Source: Macrostomum lignano (Eukaryota). Taken from it: a stretch of DNA of 64,000 bases. A program made the position numbers and the translations under genes. The notes under the pieces are model-generated. The model was not told where the DNA came from, did no database searches, and saw only the letters and a program-made list of their open reading frames with translations. Each line of letters opens with the position of its first letter. Position 1 is the stretch's first letter. The stretch spans positions 186,001 to 250,000 of the forward strand of contig NIVC01001503.1 in NCBI GenBank assembly GCA_002269645.1, read 5' to 3'. This document shows positions 1-16,676 of this stretch, in pieces.

Positions 1-114
1 TGAGCCAATGAGTGACCCATGAGTGATCCATGAGTGACCGTGCAACTGTCCATAGAAGAACATGGCTTTGATGAGCCGTCATTAACTCGCCAGCTCGCCA
101 ACCCCCGTTGCTAG

Positions 115-257
115 GCTACGTGGACTCGCTCCCCCAGTCGAGCTTGGCCTCCCTAATGCTGCCGGGAGCCAATTATGACTCGCTGCATGCCGCCGCGCTC
201 AGCTCGGTTGCGCCCCTTCACTATGACGCGTTCGGCAAGAAGGACATTCTTATCTGA
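115..257 (+). CDS. Probable terminal coding exon of a gene starting left of the window (…YVDSLPQSSLASLMLPGANYDSLHAAALSSVAPLHYDAFGKKDILI*)
   Basis: ttgctag acceptor at 113-114; open GC-rich frame to TGA 255-257; AT-rich UTR-like sequence with AATAAA near 595. No recognisable domain. Confidence 0.45.
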
Positions 258-1766
258 TGTTGAACAAGCTTTTAAATTCGATGCATGCAGTTTGAAACAC
301 ACTTTTCTATCTTATTATATCAATATATTTTGAGTCATGTCTCGATATATAATTCATGATTAGAGAGTCATAGCCGCCCGCACCCTGTTGCTCCGTTTCA
401 ACACGTCTTGTTAATCCTTGTAAAGAAAGGCGCACCTCCGCCCCAGTTGCAGAAATGTTTTTTTTTGCTTTTTTTGCTGCTTATCCGTAGCCGTCTCCAG
501 TGTCCAGTTGTAGCTGCAGTGTGCTTTTTTGCTAAAAGTACAAATTTGTGATTTTAAAATTCAATGCTTTGCGTCGCTTCAAGGCTATTCGTGAAATAAA
601 TGTCTGTTTAACTGTTCTCACTATTTTGATTTCTGTTTAATATTTTGCTTGTGTAAAGCAGTGTTCGAATGTGTGTAGTGCTTATTCTTAGCACAGCTAG
701 TGAAACACAGTTCTCGCACACCTGCTGCAGGTACGCAAGCTTGATTGCTTATTTACTTCACATTTGCTTTTTGTAGACGCTTTATTAAAATGCTCTTATA
801 TTTTCTCACGTTTTTTGTAAATTTATAATTGTCATGCTTGCACTCAACTACTACTAGGCTAGTGGGCAGTAGTGTTTGTGTGTATTTGTTCGCAAAATTA
901 AAAGAATACTTCTTTTATTAGAATTGTACTTGATCTTGCCTCTTGAATCAGACAGATCGGCTCGCTAGCGGAGTCCCAGCAGGGTTCGGTAGTTCAACAG
1001 ATGAATGAAAGCGACGTTTTATTTCGAAGAAAAAGTAACTCTTTTTGAAAGCTTTTTAAAGAATGCGTCTCATTTTTGCCCGTGTTTTTTACGGTCTCGC
1101 TTGCCTGCTTTAAATACGTTTGTGTTTGCAAATATTAATATTCAACATTATATTGCATGTTTATTAGAGCATACGATTAATTAAAATGCCAGAAACGAGT
1201 TCACGTAATTTTAAAATTTTAAATTCGCACGGAGGAAGAAAAATAAGTCAGACTTGCACCAAATTTGGAAGAAAAGCAATTCAAAAGCACTCGAAATTGG
1301 GGGGGGGGGGTGAAACCAGATGGAGCATCAAAGGCCTCAGTTTCCTTTCTAAATCTTTCCAACTCGTTCTGAAATTACGTTTAGGACCGAAACGTCTTCA
1401 TAAAATATTGGAGAGTTTATGAACAGCTTAGTTAAAATGCTGTAAAATTTGCTAACTATTGCTTCAGAATAACAAATTAAAATTGAAGTTTTTTATACGC
1501 TAAATAGAAAACGATGCTTGAACTTCTGGGCAGGGATAATTTCTCTAGTAAAGACAAATCCGAGCAAGCAGAAGTAATAATAAGAATTGATTGCACCTGC
1601 CGTAATGGGCAGATGTGCAACCGACAGCTCAGCCGTAGCTATTGCGCGGCGCATCTGAAGGCTGCGTACGGCTGTTCAGTTCAAGGACTGGGGGGTCGCC
1701 ACACACACCCTCAATTACCCCAGCTAATGCTGGCACCCATTTTACAGCTGGGTGAACTGAAGCAAT

Positions 1767-1878
1767 CCTGTACTTTGAGTGCTGCCACCCACCTCATTCC
1801 ATCCCTGTACTTTGAGTGCTGTCACCCACCTCACTCCATTCCTGTACTTTGAGTGCGGCCGTCCACCTCACTCCATCC
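1767..1878. repeat. 37-bp tandem repeat x3 immediately 3' of the MFS stop codon
   Basis: cctgtactttgagtg… recurs at 1767, 1804 and 1841. Confidence 0.9.
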
Positions 1879-1886
1879 CGATCAGT

Positions 1887-3347
1887 TTAGTTGATTTTGC
1901 TATTCACGATGGTCGCTGCAGTCCGGCGTCCAACGGCGATGTCGCCACGCTCCAGCTCCGAGTAGGCCTCGGGATCGTGCTCCAGCTGCTGCTGCTGCTG
2001 GGCCGCGGTCTCCACGTCGAGTTGCTTGAGCAGCTCGTAACGGTCCCTGCGACTGGCCGCCTTGAGCATGATGATGATGAGCAGTAGTGCCAGGAACTTG
2101 ATGAATATCAGGAAGCCCTGGATGACGAAGAAGTATCGATATTCGTAGCGCTCGGCGATCATGGCAGTGACCGAGGGCGACAGCGCCATGCCGACCCCCA
2201 TGCCGGCCAGGCTGAACGGGTAGGCCAGGTGTCCGGGCAAGGTGGTCATCTCCTCGCCAGCCGGGAACAAAAATGTAATGCTGGGTCCCATGCAGAAGCC
2301 GGAGATGTAGGCCAGGATGTAGCTCAGAGTCTTGTTAGAAGCCACCACCTCCCAGTAGACAAGGCTGCAGGCCATGATGAAGGTAGTGACGCTGAGGATG
2401 TACTTTAGCCGGCCTTTGAGAAAGTCTTTCGTAGCGATGGCCAGCACGGCTGCGATGGCGTAGGTCGAAGCCTCTCCGGAAGCGAATAGCAAAGTCAGGT
2501 GTGAGCTCTTAGTCAGCGATGACTCCCGCCTGCGCACGTAGTCGGCCAGGTTCAGCAGCATGCCGTACGTCACGATGCTGGTCATGACGCGGTCGAGGAA
2601 CCACAACAGCAGGTAGGGCACCTTGGAGCGTTCCACCTCCCAGAAGGCGCCGAAGCACTGCTTGTTGCTGGAGTAGGGCGGCAGTTCTTCGCGTTTAGTG
2701 AAGAAAATGCTGCCAGAAATGTTGACGAAAAAGTAAATGACGCCAAGAATGATGAAGGCGTTTCGCCAGGTGTACAGTTCGATCAAGTAAGCGTACAGCT
2801 GCACGAACAGGATGGAGGCGATTGAACCGCCAGACACGAGGGTCGTAGCAAGGATGTGGTACGGATGCTGCTTGTCGAAGTGCTCGTTGACCACCAGGCC
2901 GACTGTGCTGAGGATCAGCGAGCTGCCGACGCCGTGGAAGACTGTGTGCGTCAGGAACAGCCAGTGCGGGTTCGGCACGAATGCACTAGTGATGCAGGCG
3001 AGCAGGATGGCCAGGGTGCCCAGCATCTGGAAGAACTGGAAGCGCCGGCCGCTGCTCAGGATAACGGAGGTGCTCAGCGTTGTGGTCATGTAGCCTACGG
3101 CGGCGTAGGAGTCGCCAATCCAGTTGAGCTCGGCGAGGGAGATCGTCCCGTTGAACTCGGCGTGCAGTTGGGCAACAAAGACGCCGAATGCGCGTCGCTT
3201 GCCGCCGAGAAAGATGACGTTGGTGGCTGCGCAGCCCAGGATCAGCCAGGCCCAGAGCTCCCTTCGCCTGTGCTGCTGGGCTGGGCTGCAATTGCGGGGG
3301 TGGGGGTTTGGGCTTTCTGCAGAACCAACCAGCTCAGTGGCAATTTG
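1887..3347 (-). CDS. Major facilitator superfamily transporter, SLC16/monocarboxylate-transporter-like; single large exon whose initiator is not seen in-exon before TM1
   Basis: The 400-aa ORF 1887-3089 has many hydrophobic helices. The frame stays open upstream to 3347 (QIATEL…ELWAWLILGCAATNVIFLGGKRRAFGVFVAQLHAEF…LAELNWIGDSY), which matches SLC16-type TM1-TM2. CAG acceptors at 3348-3350 (phase 0) and 3317-3319. Confidence 0.8.
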   Translation of the reverse strand, partial: QIATELVGSAESPNPHPRNCSPAQQHRRRELWAWLILGCAATNVIFLGGKRRAFGVFVAQLHAEFNGTISLAELNWIGDSYAAVGYMTTTLSTSVILSSGRRFQFFQMLGTLAILLACITSAFVPNPHWLFLTHTVFHGVGSSLILSTVGLVVNEHFDKQHPYHILATTLVSGGSIASILFVQLYAYLIELYTWRNAFIILGVIYFFVNISGSIFFTKREELPPYSSNKQCFGAFWEVERSKVPYLLLWFLDRVMTSIVTYGMLLNLADYVRRRESSLTKSSHLTLLFASGEASTYAIAAVLAIATKDFLKGRLKYILSVTTFIMACSLVYWEVVASNKTLSYILAYISGFCMGPSITFLFPAGEEMTTLPGHLAYPFSLAGMGVGMALSPSVTAMIAERYEYRYFFVIQGFLIFIKFLALLLIIIMLKAASRRDRYELLKQLDVETAAQQQQQLEHDPEAYSELERGDIAVGRRTAATIVNSKIN

Positions 3348-3955
3348 CTGGTCAAGGGAATGCCAGGACCAAACCAGTCAGTAAACCGGTGGCTGGTCAA
3401 GGGAATGCCAGGACCAAACCAGTCAGTAAACCGGTGGCTGGTCAAGGGAATGACAGGACCAAACCAGTCAGTAAACCGGTGGCTGGTCAAGGAATGCCAG
3501 GACCAAACCAGTCAGTAAACCGGTGGCTGGTCAAGGGAATGCAGGACCAAACCAGTCAGTAAACCGGTGGCTGGTCAAGGGAATGACAGGACCAAACCAG
3601 TCAGTAAACCGGTGGCTGGTCAAGGGAATGACAGGACCAAACCAGTCAGTAAACCGGTGGCTGGTCAAGGGAATGCCAGGACCAAACCAGTCAGTAAACC
3701 GGTGGCTGGTCAAGGGAATGGCAGGACCAAACCAGTCAGTAAACCGGTGGCTGGTCAAGGGAATGACAGGACCAAACCAGTCAGTAAACCGGTGGCTGGT
3801 CAAGGGAATGACAGGACCAAACCAGTCAGTAAACCGGTGGCTGGTCAAGGGAATGCCAGGACCAAACCAGTCAGTAAACCGGTGGCTGGTCAAGGGAATG
3901 ACAGGACCAAACCAGTCAGTAAACCGGTGGCTGGTCAAGGGAATGACAGGACCAA
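3347..3955. repeat. 45-bp minisatellite, ~13.5 copies
   Basis: Unit gctggtcaagggaatg(a/c)caggaccaaaccagtcagtaaaccggtg; two units carry 1-nt deletions. Confidence 0.95.
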
Positions 3956-4688
3956 CCCAGACGTAGGTTTTCATGCTCAAAGTTTCGTTAAGCACCCCAA
4001 TTCTTACACAGGATGGCTTTCCTCTTACACAGGATGGCTTTCCTCTTCCGCCGTCAGTGCCATGCTGTTCAGTCAATCCTAAAGCAGTATTTTTCACCTC
4101 ACGGTCGATCAGCAGAGTCAGCTGGCAAGACTGGGAGACCTCCGATCGGCTGTCCCTACGTTGCTCTTCTACAGTATGGAGTTCAACGTCTCATTTTAAG
4201 CTGTCTTCTCAACCCTATCCCTCTGTTACCAGAGTCTCCCCCCCCATAATGGAGGTTGCTCGGGCTGCAGCATTCAGCCTTGCCGAGTACTGTGCAATGC
4301 TGCAGCAGAAGCAGAGCGAGAGTGTGGGTGGAGGGGCGAAGATCAATGACTCCCCAAAGGGGTTGAGCCGCAATTTTCCAGTTTGCCAAGCCAAGTCGCC
4401 AACAGTCGCTAAGAAATCAGCAGGTGGTCATGCTCTGGCTGACTCCGGTTTTAAAGAACTCTGTTAGGATCACGAAACTCACAAATGGTCTCGTTTAAAT
4501 CAGTGAAGTAAGTCGTACGCTCTCCCACAACCACGATTTGTGTTTACCACAACTGAGCTTGTTATAGCGTCACTGTGAGTAGTGACGAATACCCTGCTTG
4601 AGCACGGTGTTTGACAAAAGTCTAAGAACCCTGACCCTTGCAGCTGGGCAACTACGTCGTAATATGTAATTGCACCCATTCTGTGAAC

Positions 4689-4866
4689 TCACCTGAATCT
4701 ATCCCATTCTGTTGTAAACTCATCTGAATCTATCCCATTCTGTTGTAAACTCACCTGAATCTATCCCATTCTGTTGTAAACTCACCTGAATCTATCCCAT
4801 TCTGTTGTAAACTCACCTGAATCTATCCCATTCTGTTGTAAACTCATCTGAATCTATCCCATTCTG
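4689..4866. repeat. 31-bp minisatellite, ~6 copies
   Basis: Unit ctcacctgaatctatcccattctgttgtaaa. Confidence 0.9.
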
Positions 4867-5329
4867 TGGTGGCTACTGAACTCCTTACTGTACTTCTAGC
4901 CCGTGTCCGCGAAGCACAAAACTGGAAACCCCAGCGCTCAAGACGGGGCATTTCCTGTACGCAGATCCCGCGCAGACCAGAGTCAAATCTCCCATTCATC
5001 TTGACGCACACTGGTTTGACGGCACATCCGACCCAACGTGAATAGCCAGTCACGACTCACACTTAGCGAGTACGGTATAAATTCAGATAATTCTACGACC
5101 AGAAGGAGCTTAAGATACGAGCGATAAAACACGACGAAGATTTCTGTACTTTCAATTCGTTTCTTGAGGGTAAGTTTTTGGATTAAATATCATTCCTTCT
5201 CTAGAATTTATCTAAAAGAAGGAACGTAGTCAATCAAAATGCAAGGCGATTTTGTAAAACAAAAAATAGTATTTACCTAGAATAAGACATGTTCTCCTGT
5301 GAGACGCACTTCTTGATGCTTGAGTCTTC

Positions 5330-5757
5330 GGTCTCCGGTCTCTGGTCTCTGGTCTCTGGTCTCTGGTCTCTGGTCTCTGGTCTCTGGTCTCTGTCTCTGG
5401 TCTCTGTCTCTGGTCTCTGGTCTCTGGTCTCTGGTCTCTGGTCTCTGGTCTCTGGTCTCTGATCTCTGGTCTCTGGTCTCTGGTCTCTGGTCTCTGGTCT
5501 CTGGTCTCTGGTCTCTGGTCTCTGGTCTCTGGTCTCTGGTCTCTGGTCTCTGGTCTCTGGTCTCTGGTCTCTGATCTCTGGTCTCTGGTCTCTGTCTCTG
5601 GTCTCTGGTCTCTGGTCTCTGGTCTCTGGTCTCTGGTCTCTGGTCTCTGGTCTCTGGTCTCTGATCTCTGGTCTCTGGTCTCTGGTCTCTGGTCTCTGGT
5701 CTCTGTCTCTGGTCTCTGGTCTCTGTCTCCGGTCTCTATCTCTGTCTCTGGTCTCCG
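5330..5757. repeat. (GGTCTCT)n heptamer microsatellite
   Basis: Directly visible, with occasional gatctct/gtctct variants. Confidence 0.95.
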
Positions 5758-6834
5758 ATTTGATCTGAGGTTCTGGTTGAGCAGCCAGACCACACGTGCT
5801 TACGAGTAGTTTTATGACCCCAAAGGCAGACGGAGCTTCGCCAATCCCTCCTCCCCTCCCAGCGCGTGCGCAAAAATTTGACGAAGGCGAATCGAGATTC
5901 GCACAGTTGAGTCAAGTTTATTGCGGGAAGGAATGGGAGGAAAAACAGGCACTAAGTTGAGAGTTGAACTCCGTGCAACACGAGGCTGACTTGCCACGCT
6001 GGAGGTGCGCCAACCCCAGCCCCCTACCACCCCCTCCCATAAGTTTTCCCCTGCCGAGCGGGGCTTGTTGCGGAGCCTTGAGCAGCTGTTTGTGCGCCAG
6101 CCCATGGGCCATGGAATTTAGACCTATGATCTGGATTGGAAACTATGGAGTATCGAGTGTCCTGAAACTGGATTTGATATTGCCGTAAAAACCATGGCGT
6201 TCTGTACCTTTCATGCTGAACAAGGAACTGCTGTGCATTGGGCCTAGAGTTTAGGGAATCGATGCCGATCTTGAGTTCTGAATAACTATAAATTAACCAT
6301 GGTTTTCTAGACATGGTATCTGGAGTGGAAACTGTCGTGCTGATTCTCTTTAGTACACTATGCGACTCTACGCTAAAAAGAAATCTACATGTAGACTCAG
6401 GCGGTAGTTTCTCACTCCAGATCTGCCGTGAGGAATTCCATGGCTGGCTCACTAACGTGAATCTACTTCATTCACGAGGAGCAACACTAGTCACAACTAG
6501 CTAGCTGTGCAGAATGCGTTACAACTCAACTTTTTTTCATTTATGAGCGCACTGAGCTTGGCTTGAGTACCACAGGGCTTGGACAGGACTGAATTAAGCT
6601 GTGGCTTCTGCAGTTCAGTTGTAACTGGAGTGGCATGAGAAGCCTCAGAGCTCTAGCCTGTCGAAAATATCTGGGCTTAATTTTTATCAAAAAAATCTCA
6701 TGTGGCTGGGTAATTGCACTCAGTGCTTTCTCACGAAAAGTAGCCCTTCAAAACAATGAGATCAGATAAAGTTGAGTAACTTTTCGTTTAACCGTTTCTT
6801 TCGCCAATTGTCCATCAAGCAGCAGACTGAAGAG

Positions 6835-7817
6835 ATGCAGAAGACAACCGAGGACTCCAAGACAGACGCCGTGGACACCAAGGCGGCTCCCGTGGAGATG
6901 AGCCAGCTCAATCCGAAGTATCCGAAGATGATGAACGAGTTCGTCTACAAAGACGTCCTCTTCGTGCACTGGACCACACGACGCAACATCGAGCTGGTCG
7001 AGCAGGAGTTCGAATTCCTGCCCGACGACCTGCTCATCGCGACATTCCCGAAGAGCGGCACCACGCTGATGCAGGAGCTCGCCTGGCTGCTGCGTCACAA
7101 CCTGGACTTCGCCGGCGCCAGGCCAGCCGCGTGTTCGAACGAGTCCCGTTCCTCGAGGAGAATTGGACTTCGCAGTTTCCCGGCCACCCCGAGGGCTGCT
7201 ACCCCATGCAGTACCTGCCCGAGATGCCGCGGCCGCGCATTATCAAGACGCACCTGCCCTACCACATCATCGGGCCGCGCATCGAGGCAGCCCCGGGCCC
7301 CGGCTTCAAGACAATCTGCGTCCTGCGCAATCCCAAGGACGTCCTGGTGTCATATTATCACTTCTACAAGGGCGTCGTGGACTACGGGCCCTGGCCGTGG
7401 GATTTCTCCAGCTTCTTCGACATGTGGATGGACGGCTGGATCGTGGCCGGGGACTGGTTCCGCGTGGCCAAGGCCTGGTGGGCGCAGCGCAACCGGCCGG
7501 ACCTGCTGCTGGTCAAGTTCGAGGACCTGGTGCGCCGGCCGGCCCTAGAAATTCCCCGGGTGGCCGAATTCCTGGGCGTTGAAGTCGGTCAGGACGACGT
7601 CAAACGGCTGGCCAATGCGCTGAGCTTCGACGCGATGAAGGAAAACCCGGCGACCAACTACAGCGGGGTGCCGGGCATGCTGGACTCGTTCAGCTTCATG
7701 CGCAGCGGCAAGGTGGGAGACTGGAAGCGGTTCTTCACCGTCAGCCAGAGCGAACAGTTCGACCGGATCTACCAGGCTGAGATGGCCGGCACCGGGCTGG
7801 AGCTGGAGTTCGAGTGA
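6835..7817 (+). CDS. Cytosolic sulfotransferase (SULT1-like), intronless, with a 1-nt frameshift at ~7121
   Basis: 5'-PSB motif TFPKSGTT, RVPFLE, PRIIKTHLP, 3'-PB motif RNPKDVLVSYYHF, and FMRSGKVGDWK. The two halves lie in different frames (ORFs 6772-7548 and 7131-7817). ATG at 6835. Confidence 0.88.
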
Positions 7818-8080
7818 CCTCAGCGAGCTCAATGGACTCTTCATCTTAATGAGCTTTTTGTCATTTTTGCTGGAACCGCAGCGACTGCTATGTCCGTTCG
7901 CCATGTCGTTTGCCTTTTGGCTTCTTTTTTGGAGCATTTACATCAACCTGGATATCTTTAAGCCCACCTCACTCGGAGGAATCTACCTACTTGACCTCTC
8001 AGTTGACCGTCACTTATAATTTCTTGACTTCCTGAATTCTTGAGACCGCACCTTGATTTTCACCGGCACTTTTAACCCGA

Positions 8081-8310
8081 CAACCTCGGAACCCAGATAA
8101 ACACCTGGGACCCCAATATACCACCTCGGAACCCAGATAAACACCTGGGACCCCAATATACCACCTCGGAACCCAGATAAACACCTAGGACCCAAATCTA
8201 CCACCTCGGAACCCAGATAAACACCTGGGACCCCAATCGACCACCTCGGAACCCAGATAAACACCTAGGACCTCAATCTACCACATCGGAACCCTGAAAA
8301 AACCTAAGAA
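8081..8310. repeat. 40-bp minisatellite, ~5.5 copies
   Basis: Unit ccacctcggaacccagataaacacctgggaccccaatata. Confidence 0.9.
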
Positions 8311-8388
8311 CCTGTATATCATAAACGTTAATCCACGACTACAATACGCTTAAAACTTTACTAGAACAGGACAGGAGCACCACACAAC

Positions 8389-8597
8389 CTACAATCGATC
8401 TCCGTTGTTAAGCCTCGTATTAACCTGAAATGGTCATCATATTCTTACATGTACAATAATTTTGCTCCCCCATTCGAGTCACTTACTTCTTCATAGATTT
8501 TACATTTCGCAGAAAAATCTCCCCCCGTGGAGCAAATGTCAGTTTTGGCAGCAGCAGCAGCCAGTGGAACTACGAGTAAGAGCCAGTTAAGTTGCAT
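8389..8597 (-). CDS. Putative 2-exon small secreted peptide (exons 8487-8597 and 8389-8424; 48 aa)
   Basis: ATG 8597; signal-peptide-like MQLNWLLLVVPLAAAAA; canonical GAA|GTAAGT donor; 62-nt intron ending atttcag; short second exon to TAG. No homology recognised. Confidence 0.3.
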
Positions 8598-8921
8598 CGC
8601 CAAGCCAAGTGCACTTTTAGCACCATCATAAACTTTGCGCAATGACGCGGATGGCTTGACTGACAGCTTCGGGCAGCAAGGGTTAGTGCACAGTGCAGTC
8701 TGGGATGGCCACTGTTGCTCTGCTTCTCTCTAACCCTACCCCCGTGGGGCCCTCCTGCAGTTCCAATTTCAAGCAAGTTCCAACTAGTTACGTTATAACA
8801 AATTAAAGCTGATTGGAGGGGGGGGGGCTAATAGTTCATTTGCTTGGCTAAACAGGTTCGTAAAAGTAAGTGCTTTTTTCGTCTTTGACAGTTTATTTAG
8901 ACTTGAACCAGAAATTTACAG

Positions 8922-9530
8922 TTTTCTTAGAAGCTGATTGCTGCCAAATGGCACTTTGGGGTCTGAGATTTTTCTTAGAAACTGTTGGATGCCAAATGGC
9001 ACTTTGGGGTCTGAGAGTTTTCTTAGAAACTTTTGGATGCCAAATGGCACTTTGGGGTCTGAGAGTTTTTTTAGAAACTGTTGGATGCCAAATAGCACTT
9101 TGGGGTCTGAGAGTTTTTTTAGAAACTGTTGGATGTCAAATGGCACTTTGGGTCTGAGAGTTTTCTTAGAAACTGTTGGATGCTAAATGGCACTTTGGGG
9201 TCTGAGAGTTTTCTTAGAAACTGTTGGATGCTAAATGGCACTTTGGGGTCTGAGAGTTTTCTTAGAAACTGTTGGATGCCAAATGGCACTTTGGGGTCTG
9301 AGAGTTTTCTTAGAAACTGTTGGATGCTAAATGGCACTTTGGGGTCTGAGAGTTTTCTTAGAAACTGTTGGATGCCAAATGGCACTTTGGGGTCTGAGAG
9401 TTTTCTTAGAAACTGTTGGATGCCAAATGGCACTTTGGGGTCTGAGAGTTTTCTTAGAAACTGTTGGATGTCAAATGGCACTTTGGGGTCTGAGAGTTTT
9501 CTTAGAAACTGTTGGATCCAAACGGCACTT
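8922..9530. repeat. 48-bp minisatellite, ~12.5 copies
   Basis: Unit gagagttttcttagaaactgttggatgccaaatggcactttggggtct. Confidence 0.95.
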
Positions 9531-9860
9531 AGGGTTCTGAGATTTCCAAAACTGTGATCAAACAAACAAAAAGTAAAAGAAACTTTAAATAAGGCTCAAG
9601 CAGGTTTTTTCGCCAACATAACTTCTATTTTATTTAGTAGTTGTGCAAAAATATCGCCAATCATGTGTTACGAGTTGGACATACAGTACTGTTTAAAAAC
9701 AAAAAGTAAACAAAATTTAATTTCGTTCCCGTTGTGAGCTCCGATTCTGACTGAAAATCAATTTAACACAAGAGGTTGGCGCAAAGAGTTTTCGTTAGAT
9801 AAAACGAGTTATAAATATAACAAAATTGCTGCATTATTAATTATACCATTGGTGAAAAGT

Positions 9861-15445
<5,585 letters not shown>

Positions 15446-16676
15446 GGCTCATGAGGGCTTTGCTTGTCCAATGTGCAGTGCGCCAATGGACTCGGGATGT
15501 TCGATCATGCTCTTTTCATTTAAAAACGTATTCTAAGAGCTTCTTGTTCCATAGACATATTCGGGAAGACAAACATTTTTATTTAAATATAAATACGCGT
15601 AGAGAGTGCTCTGTTTGATAACAGCAGTGCTAAATTTAGGCGTGTACATTCTCAGCGATTTTACATTGTATGTGTTTCTCAAGTTCTTCAAGTTCAAGCA
15701 AAATGGCATTGAGAGTGTAGTGCATGCGGATGCGCCCTTGTCGGTTGGCTGGGCGCGTTGCACTTTGGGGCTGGCTGGGGGGGGGGTTGGCGGGCGTGGC
15801 AGGGTCTGGCCGCCGGCCGGGCTTTGTGCGTGCCCCTCCCCAGCCGTGCCCCTGCCCCGTGCTCAGGGCTGGTTGGCTGCGGCCGGGCCAGCTTTAGCGC
15901 GGGTGCAGCCCCTCCCCCCCCTAGGCGGGGTTTTGATTGGCTGGCCGGCGCGGCCAGTCTATTTTTTTGGGTAGTTTGTTTGTTTTGTTGGGCTTAGCCG
16001 GTGGGGCCGTCTGCCCCAGGGTTTGTGTGTTATTTATGGTGCGGCTCTGGGTCTTGCCCACTCCCTGTGTGCTTTTTGTGTTTTGGTGTGCTCCGAGATA
16101 GCAAGCGCGAGACTTGACTTGAGTAAGAAACAGCGACATTAGCTACCTACGATAACAGAGCCCAGTTGAGAAGTCAGTATTTGAAAAGAGTCTTTGAGAA
16201 TTGAGAAGAAATTAGAAGCCGCGCTTGAGACCTACGAGCCAATCAACAAACGTGCGAACCTGCGCTTGAGACCTACGAGCAATAAACGTACGAACGGCAA
16301 TTTGGCCACTGGTAAGCCGTCTGCTGCTTGAGTTCATTCTTTTCTGGGGAGCTTGTTGGGCTGCAGGGGGTTCTTGCCAAAGCGTCATAACGCCGGGAGA
16401 GCATATAGCTTATTGTAGTACTGTACCGGCTACTCTATATAGTATGTACAAACTACAGTATCGAGACTAAAAGCACTCTAGAGTGGCACCACACCTCAAG
16501 CCGCAGCGTGAACTCTGAGTGTCACAACACCAGAGAGATCGAACTAATATTGCAGAGCGTCGTCACGCCTGCTCGTATCCATAAAAGTACAGACAGAGCG
16601 TCACTACGCGTGTATATTACGTATAATATATATTGTACTCGGGACTAGGCACCCAAACCGACCCGGGTTACAACAA

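Noticed and set aside
3973-4467. 164-aa + strand ORF
   Set aside because: No ATG start or recognisable motif, and it includes a 21-bp local duplication; cannot be supported as coding.
7111-7140. Programmed ribosomal frameshift in the sulfotransferase
   Set aside because: No slippery heptamer or obvious stimulatory structure; a missing G in a G-run explains it.
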